Source: Pseudomonadota bacterium | GTDB taxonomy: Bacteria; Bdellovibrionota; FAC87; UBA2466 | Assembly (NCBI GenBank): GCA_043767805.1 | Contig: JAYUGC010000036.1 | Coordinates: 1 to 64,000 of the forward strand | Direction of reading: 5' to 3' | Length of the DNA stretch: 64,000 bases | In this document: piece after piece, positions 58,395-64,000 of the stretch | Layout: each line of letters opens with the position of its first letter | Numbering within the stretch: position 1 is the first letter of the stretch | Notes under the pieces: generated by a model | Databases searched by the model: none | What the model saw: only the letters and a program-made list of their open reading frames with translations | What the model was told of the DNA's origin: nothing | Made by a program: the position numbers and the translations under genes

Positions 58395-60597
58395 GGGCGG
58401 CCTCCCAGGCAAGGTGAAGGTCTTCGGGCATCAGGGGGATGGCGCTCATTTGCAGGCCGGTGGCATTCTCGATGGCATTTAGAATCGCCGGCCCTGGGCC
58501 ATCCATGGGGAGCTCGCCGATGCCTTTGCCGCCGTAAGGACCGTGGCCGAGATTCGTCTCGATGAAAGCGGTGCGAATACGCGGAACATCGGCCGCCGTC
58601 GGCATGATGTAGTTGGTCATCTGGTTATTAATCATGGCGCCGTCTTTCCAGATCACTTTTTCGTAAAGCGCGTAGCCGACGCCTTGGGCGACGCCGCCTT
58701 CGATTTGTCCCGCGGCGAGTACCGGATGAATCACGCGCCCGGCTTCCTGCACGGCGACGAAATCTTCCACGCGAGTCTCGAAGGTATCCATGTCGACGGC
58801 GACTTGAGCTACGTACACCGCCCAAGCAAAGGCCGCGTACGCGTCGCCCTTATACGCTTGATCGTCCCAGAGAACACCGGCCGGTTGCTTGTACTGGCTG
58901 TACACTTTGAGCGGCCCGAGCTTTGCGATGTAGGACTGGCACGCGGCTTTGAAAGAGTCGCGGGTATGGGGCGATTTCAGATGCCCGCTCGAGACAAGGG
59001 CTTGGAGGAGTCCCTGCGCGGCTTCCTCCACGAGCTTTCCCACCACCATACAGGTGCGAGAGGCCACGGTGGGTCCGCTATCGGGGACTTGTGCCGTGTC
59101 GGGCTGGGCGATGAGTATATCGTCGTAATGAAGGCCGAGCGCATCCGCCGTGATCTGCGAAAAGATGGTATTGGTGCCTTGGCCGATTTCGGTGCTTGCC
59201 GCGAGTACGCGCACCTGGCCTTCGGCCGTGGCCTCTACGCCGACGACCGAGGAAAGAAACTTCTCTCCCGAGCCGGTGAACCCCGCGCCGTGTAGAAAAG
59301 AAGCGAACCCGATGCCGCGCTTCACGCGGGACATCGGATTTTCCTTAGCAAACCGATCCCGCAGCTCGTGATACTGGCTCATCTGAAAGGCTTTTTTGAA
59401 GAGGCCCGGGAAATCGACTTTCTCTTTGATGAGCTGAGACGTCGCGGTGACATCGCCTAGCTCCAGAAAGTTTCGGCTGCGAAACTCATAGGGAGTGAGA
59501 CCGACAGCGGCGGCCACTTTGTCCATGTGTCTCTCTAGCCCAAAGAGACTTTGAGGCGCGCCGAATCCGCGAAAAGCGCCGTGGGGCGGGGTGTGCGTCA
59601 TCACCGCGCGGCTCTTGATACGGACGTTGTCGCAGCGGTAGGGACCGGCCGCGTGAATGGTGCCGCGAGAGAGCACGACGGCGGAAAGCGTGGCGTAGGC
59701 GCCGCCGTCCAAAAGAAAATCTATCTCCATGGCGAGGAGCTTGCCCTCTTTCGAGACGGCGGTGCGGTGTCTCGTGCGGGAGGGGTGGCGCTTCGTCGTC
59801 GCGGCCATGTCTTCCGCGCGATCGTAAATCATTTTGATCGTCTTGCCGGATTTCCACGCGAGTAGCGCCGCGTGGCCGGCGAGTAACGTCGGATACTCTT
59901 CCTTGCCGCCGAAACCGCCTCCCGTCTCGACCTGAACGATGCGCACTTTGTCGGAGGGCAATCCGAAGAGGGGCTTAAGTCCCTTGTGAACGTAGTAGGG
60001 ACATTGGAGTGAGCCCCAGACCGTGACGCCGTCTTTGGGATTGGCGACGGCGACCATGCCGTTGGTCTCGATATAGAGCTGCTCTTGCGCGCCCGTGAAG
60101 TACTCGCCCTCGACGACGAAATCGGCGTCCTCCCAAACCGGATCGACGTTTCCTTTTTCGACGAGATAACTTTTGAAGACCTTGTCGGCTTTTTCGAAAT
60201 CCAATACCGGCGGCGAGCGCTCGTACTCGATGCGGACGCGCTTGCGGCCTTCCTCGGCCATGCCTTTGTCGGGGTGGGCGAGGAGAAGGACGGGCTCGTA
60301 GGGGTGATGGACTTCGCTTTCTGCGAGGAAAGGCTGATCCCTCTCGATGAGGGTGACGACGTTCTTTCCAGGGATGTCTCTCGAGGTCACCACCGTGAAC
60401 TCGCGCCAAGGCACGCCGGCCTCGAAGTGAACGGCTTTGATCTTGCCATGGGGAACCGTGCTGCGGACGGTAACGCCGTACCAGGCGCCCGGAAAATCCA
60501 AGTCGTCGATATAGCGCGCTTCGCCGGTGACTTTGCTTCGGCCTTCCTTACGAAGGACCGGCTTACCCACCCAGGTTTCGGTATTAGCTTTGCCCAA
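58387..60597 (-). CDS. Xanthine dehydrogenase family molybdopterin-binding subunit
   Basis: GGGFGGKE, AFRGFG, EIGQG, GQIEGG, KGIGE. Confidence 0.93.
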   Translation of the reverse strand: MGKANTETWVGKPVLRKEGRSKVTGEARYIDDLDFPGAWYGVTVRSTVPHGKIKAVHFEAGVPWREFTVVTSRDIPGKNVVTLIERDQPFLAESEVHHPYEPVLLLAHPDKGMAEEGRKRVRIEYERSPPVLDFEKADKVFKSYLVEKGNVDPVWEDADFVVEGEYFTGAQEQLYIETNGMVAVANPKDGVTVWGSLQCPYYVHKGLKPLFGLPSDKVRIVQVETGGGFGGKEEYPTLLAGHAALLAWKSGKTIKMIYDRAEDMAATTKRHPSRTRHRTAVSKEGKLLAMEIDFLLDGGAYATLSAVVLSRGTIHAAGPYRCDNVRIKSRAVMTHTPPHGAFRGFGAPQSLFGLERHMDKVAAAVGLTPYEFRSRNFLELGDVTATSQLIKEKVDFPGLFKKAFQMSQYHELRDRFAKENPMSRVKRGIGFASFLHGAGFTGSGEKFLSSVVGVEATAEGQVRVLAASTEIGQGTNTIFSQITADALGLHYDDILIAQPDTAQVPDSGPTVASRTCMVVGKLVEEAAQGLLQALVSSGHLKSPHTRDSFKAACQSYIAKLGPLKVYSQYKQPAGVLWDDQAYKGDAYAAFAWAVYVAQVAVDMDTFETRVEDFVAVQEAGRVIHPVLAAGQIEGGVAQGVGYALYEKVIWKDGAMINNQMTNYIMPTAADVPRIRTAFIETNLGHGPYGGKGIGELPMDGPGPAILNAIENATGLQMSAIPLMPEDLHLAWEAARD

Positions 60598-60690
60598 GTT
60601 TCACTCCCCCGGCTCTTATATCCGGTGGCGCTTCGATATACCAGTTTCCCGCTCTTGAATGGCGCGGGGCGGCAGGGCTAGCATTCTCCC

Positions 60691-61128
60691 ATGGATCACT
60701 TCATGAATGCGGCGATAGCCGAGGCGGAACTGGGACTACAAGAGGGCGGAATCCCTATCGGATCGGTGCTGGTCATCGACGGAAACATCGTAGGGCGTGG
60801 TCACAACCGCCGGGTGCAGAAGGGGAGCGCCATTCTCCACGCGGAGATGGATTGCCTGGAAAGCGCCGGCCGGCTCACGGCGCGCGACTACCAGCGCGGG
60901 GTGCTTTATTCGACGCTTTCCCCGTGCGACATGTGCAGCGGGACGGCGCTCCTCTACAAGATTCCCCATATCGTCATTGGGGAGAACCAAACTTTTCAGG
61001 GGCCGGAAGCTTATGTGCTTTCCCGGGGAGTTCTCCTCGAAGTCCGTAACGACGAACGATGTTTGAAGCTCATGGCGGATTTCATCAAGAAGCACCCTCA
61101 GCTCTGGAACGAGGACATCGGAGTTTAA
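60691..61128 (+). CDS. Cytosine/nucleoside deaminase (Fcy1-like)
   Basis: GGIPIG, HAE, SPCDMC, WNEDIG. Confidence 0.9.
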   Translation: MDHFMNAAIAEAELGLQEGGIPIGSVLVIDGNIVGRGHNRRVQKGSAILHAEMDCLESAGRLTARDYQRGVLYSTLSPCDMCSGTALLYKIPHIVIGENQTFQGPEAYVLSRGVLLEVRNDERCLKLMADFIKKHPQLWNEDIGV

Positions 61129-61131
61129 TCT

Positions 61132-61536
61132 TTGAAGGCGGAAGCTTACTGCGCGACTCAGCTCAAAGTTCTGGAAGCGGAGCATTTCATTGCGGTCGCG
61201 GAAGAAAAGCCCGGCCGGAAAGCGCCCGATCTCTTGAGCTACCGTCGTGACGGAAACTGTCTGTCGTTTCGCATCCGCGAAGTGAAGTTCAAGCTCGAGG
61301 AAAGACTCGTCAAGAAAGCGTTGGCCCAGCTGGAGTCGGGTCTCGAGCAGATGGGAGAATACCCGGCGCCCTCCATCGATCGTTTGGAACTGGTCGTGGC
61401 GCTTCAGGGCAGGAAAATCAAGACGCCGGAAAAGTGTTTTCTGGGTGCGGCGCTGAGCGAGAACCGATTCGAGCTGCTTTTAGGTGGCCAGCCGTGCCGG
61501 GTGCGCTCGCACGTAGTTACCGTACTTTTTCTATAA
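61132..61536 (+). CDS. Hypothetical protein, possible PD-(D/E)xK fold
   Basis: PD...EVK...KALAQL; TTG start 3 nt after the deaminase stop. Confidence 0.45.
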   Translation: MKAEAYCATQLKVLEAEHFIAVAEEKPGRKAPDLLSYRRDGNCLSFRIREVKFKLEERLVKKALAQLESGLEQMGEYPAPSIDRLELVVALQGRKIKTPEKCFLGAALSENRFELLLGGQPCRVRSHVVTVLFL

Positions 61537-61642
61537 GTTTCGCGCATAAGAAAGCCGGCCCTCCCTCTTAAATAGAACCCACGCTTCGCGGGTTTCAGGA
61601 AATTCTTTCCGGAACGGGTGTCGCTAGGCACCGACGACGGGG

Positions 61643-63070
61643 TTAGCGGTGCTTTTTCATCATCACGTAGTAGACGAGGCCCGAAAGACCGAAGCCCACG
61701 AACCAAGCATAGTGATACAGGCCGTTGATTAGCGCCGGAACCGCGTCGGCCGGGAGTACTTTGATCGCGGTCAGAAAGCCCGGGACATTGGGCAGAATTC
61801 CCGCAATCAAGGCTACGACCGACGCCCGGTTAAAGCCGTTCGAGTACCAGTACCGCCCGGTCTCGGTATAAAGCTCGTCCACCACGAGCTGCTGGTGGCG
61901 AATCAAGAAGTAATCGACGATTAATATGCCGCCGATGGGGCCTAGAAGGCTCGAGTAGGCAATCAACCAGGTGAAGATATAGCCATTGGGATCGGCCATG
62001 AGCTTCCAGGGGAAAATCAACGCCCCAATGACCCCCGTGACGTAGCCGCCCATCTTGAAGTCGATCTTGTCGGGGGCAAGGTTCGAAAAGTCGTTGGCGG
62101 GGCTCACGATATTGGCCGCGATGTTGGTGGCGAGCGTCGAGATAATGACGGCGAGCATCGCAAAGCTCACCAAAATGGGCGAATCGAACTTACCGGCCAG
62201 CACTACCGGATCCCAGATGAGCGTCCCATACACGATGAACGTCGCGCTGGTGACGACCACGCCCACGAACGAAAACGCGGTCATGGAGGCCGGAAGCCCA
62301 ATGGCTTGTCCCATGATCTGCGCCCGCTGCGACTTCGCGTAACGAGTGAAGTCGGGAATGTTCAAAGACAGCGTCGCCCAGAAGCCCACCATGCCGGTGA
62401 GTCCCGGAAAGAAGAACGCCCAGAACTCGGCGGAAGTCTGAAATTTCGAGGGCTGCGCCAAGATGGGGCCGAGGCCCTTTGCCGCGACCATGGCCCAGCC
62501 GAGAAGTGCCAGCGCCGCGACCGGCAAGAAGACCGCTTTGAAGAGGAGGAGCTTCTTGATGCTATCGATGCCGAGGTACACGACGTACATGTTCAGGCAC
62601 CAGAACAGGAAGAACGTAATCGCGGGACCCGTCTCCAAGCCGAACCAAGCCGGGAACAGGGGCGGCAAGGCGGCGATGCCCGGCACCCAGATCTTCAAGA
62701 TCTGATAGAGGGAGAAGCCGCCGATCCAAGTTTGGATGCCGAACCACCCGCAGGCGACGATAGCTCGCAAAATCGCGGGAATGTTCGCGCCCCGGATACC
62801 GAAGCTCGCGCGGGCAAAGACCGGGAAGGGAATGCCGTAGCGGGCGCCGGCATGGCCGTTCAAGATCATCGGGACCAGGACGATGGCGTTACCGAGAAAG
62901 ACGGTGAGGATTGCCTGCCACCAGTTCATGCCCCCTTCGATGAGGGAGCTCGCCAGCATGTAAGTCGGTATGCACAGACTCATACTGATCCAGAGGGCCG
63001 CGTAGTTCCACGTTCCCCAGGTGCGTTTTTCCATTGGGACTACGGCTAGGTCCTCATTGGTGTAGCTCAT
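61643..63070 (-). CDS. NCS1 nucleobase:cation symporter
   Basis: RAIVACGWFGIQTW, LNIPDFTRY, NIAANIVSPANDF. Confidence 0.95.
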   Translation of the reverse strand: MSYTNEDLAVVPMEKRTWGTWNYAALWISMSLCIPTYMLASSLIEGGMNWWQAILTVFLGNAIVLVPMILNGHAGARYGIPFPVFARASFGIRGANIPAILRAIVACGWFGIQTWIGGFSLYQILKIWVPGIAALPPLFPAWFGLETGPAITFFLFWCLNMYVVYLGIDSIKKLLLFKAVFLPVAALALLGWAMVAAKGLGPILAQPSKFQTSAEFWAFFFPGLTGMVGFWATLSLNIPDFTRYAKSQRAQIMGQAIGLPASMTAFSFVGVVVTSATFIVYGTLIWDPVVLAGKFDSPILVSFAMLAVIISTLATNIAANIVSPANDFSNLAPDKIDFKMGGYVTGVIGALIFPWKLMADPNGYIFTWLIAYSSLLGPIGGILIVDYFLIRHQQLVVDELYTETGRYWYSNGFNRASVVALIAGILPNVPGFLTAIKVLPADAVPALINGLYHYAWFVGFGLSGLVYYVMMKKHR

Positions 63071-63084
63071 TTTTCCTCTGGAAT

Positions 63085-64000
63085 TTAAATGGTTTTGTCG
63101 GCGTAGCTCGGATGTAAATCGTACGGGAAGGGCGCCTTGGAGTCATACAGATTCATGCACTCCGGCACCGGGCAAACGGCGACGCAGAGATTACAACCCG
63201 TGCAGTTGTCGTATAGGAGCTCGGCCACGTTGCGAGATCCCGTCGCGCGCTTCGCGTCCGGAATGGATTTCAAAAGAAGCGCCTTGTAACCCGCGTCGTC
63301 ACAAGCGACCACGCAGAGATTGCAGCCGGTGCAAGTCGTCTGGTTGATGGCGACCTTTTCCGACGAGGAATGCTTCAAGAGGAAATCGAACGATGTTATC
63401 TTGGTGTACATGTCGCCGACGATCTCGTTCACGGTCTTGAAGCCCATCTCGTCCATGTACTTCTCGAGGCCCTTGTTCATGCCTTCGATGATCTTAAATC
63501 CCCGGATCATGATTTCCGTGCAAACCTGAAGCTGGCCGGCTCCCATAAGCAGGTACTCGACGCCTTCGGACCAGGAGCTGATGCCGCCGACGCCCGAGAT
63601 GGGAAGGCCGGTGGCCTGCTTACACTCCGCAACGCATTTCAAACCAATGGGCTTCACGGCGTTGCCGGAAATGCCGCCGATGGCCGTATAGCCGTTCACG
63701 GAAAGATGCGGCTCTTTCTTATAAATATCGACGCCGATTATGCCGTTTACCGTGTTGATGACGGTGATGGCATCGGTACCCGCGTCCTGGGCGGCTTTCG
63801 CCATGACTTTGATATTAGTCACGTTGGGCGTGAGCTTCGTCAGAATCGGAACCTTGCTGGAGGCCTTCGCCGTTTTGACGATGTTAGAAACGATGATCGG
63901 ATCTTGGGAGCAGACGGCGCCCATGTCTCGCTCGGGCATGCCGTGCGGGCAGCCCAAGTTCAATTCCACGGCGTCGCATCCTACCTTATTCATCTCTACG
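63085..64000 (-). CDS. preA: Dihydropyrimidine dehydrogenase subunit PreA (5' end outside window)
   Basis: ELNLGCPHGM, KLTPNVT, GGISG, two C-terminal CxxCxxC ferredoxin motifs. Confidence 0.9.
   Translation of the reverse strand, partial: VEMNKVGCDAVELNLGCPHGMPERDMGAVCSQDPIIVSNIVKTAKASSKVPILTKLTPNVTNIKVMAKAAQDAGTDAITVINTVNGIIGVDIYKKEPHLSVNGYTAIGGISGNAVKPIGLKCVAECKQATGLPISGVGGISSWSEGVEYLLMGAGQLQVCTEIMIRGFKIIEGMNKGLEKYMDEMGFKTVNEIVGDMYTKITSFDFLLKHSSSEKVAINQTTCTGCNLCVVACDDAGYKALLLKSIPDAKRATGSRNVAELLYDNCTGCNLCVAVCPVPECMNLYDSKAPFPYDLHPSYADKTI

Overview
GC-rich bacterial chromosomal segment with about 70 genes. The gene content suggests a Bdellovibrionota/Oligoflexia-like organism, but that is inference only. 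I found no rRNA, tRNA, CRISPR array or transposase. Content: CheR/CheB; a KaiC-like ATPase-histidine kinase-response regulator locus; many secreted hydrolases and repeat or low-complexity proteins; DNA repair genes (ung, ada/alkA-ogt); general-stress genes; and a nucleobase catabolism cluster (XDH-type Mo-enzyme, cytosine deaminase, NCS1, PreA). The best candidate novel system is at 51101-54943. There, a four-gene operon (sigma70-like factor, unknown 144-aa helical protein, ImmA/IrrE metallopeptidase, DUF72) is divergent from an orphan RecT-like annealase, suggesting a protease-triggered, sigma-based DNA-damage switch. Also notable: two REPIN-like inverted-repeat elements with a compensatory base change, ten sigma54-like motifs upstream of stress and secreted genes, and several small gene remnants or deletion scars in intergenic DNA. 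Family assignments come from recognising motifs by eye, not from database searches.
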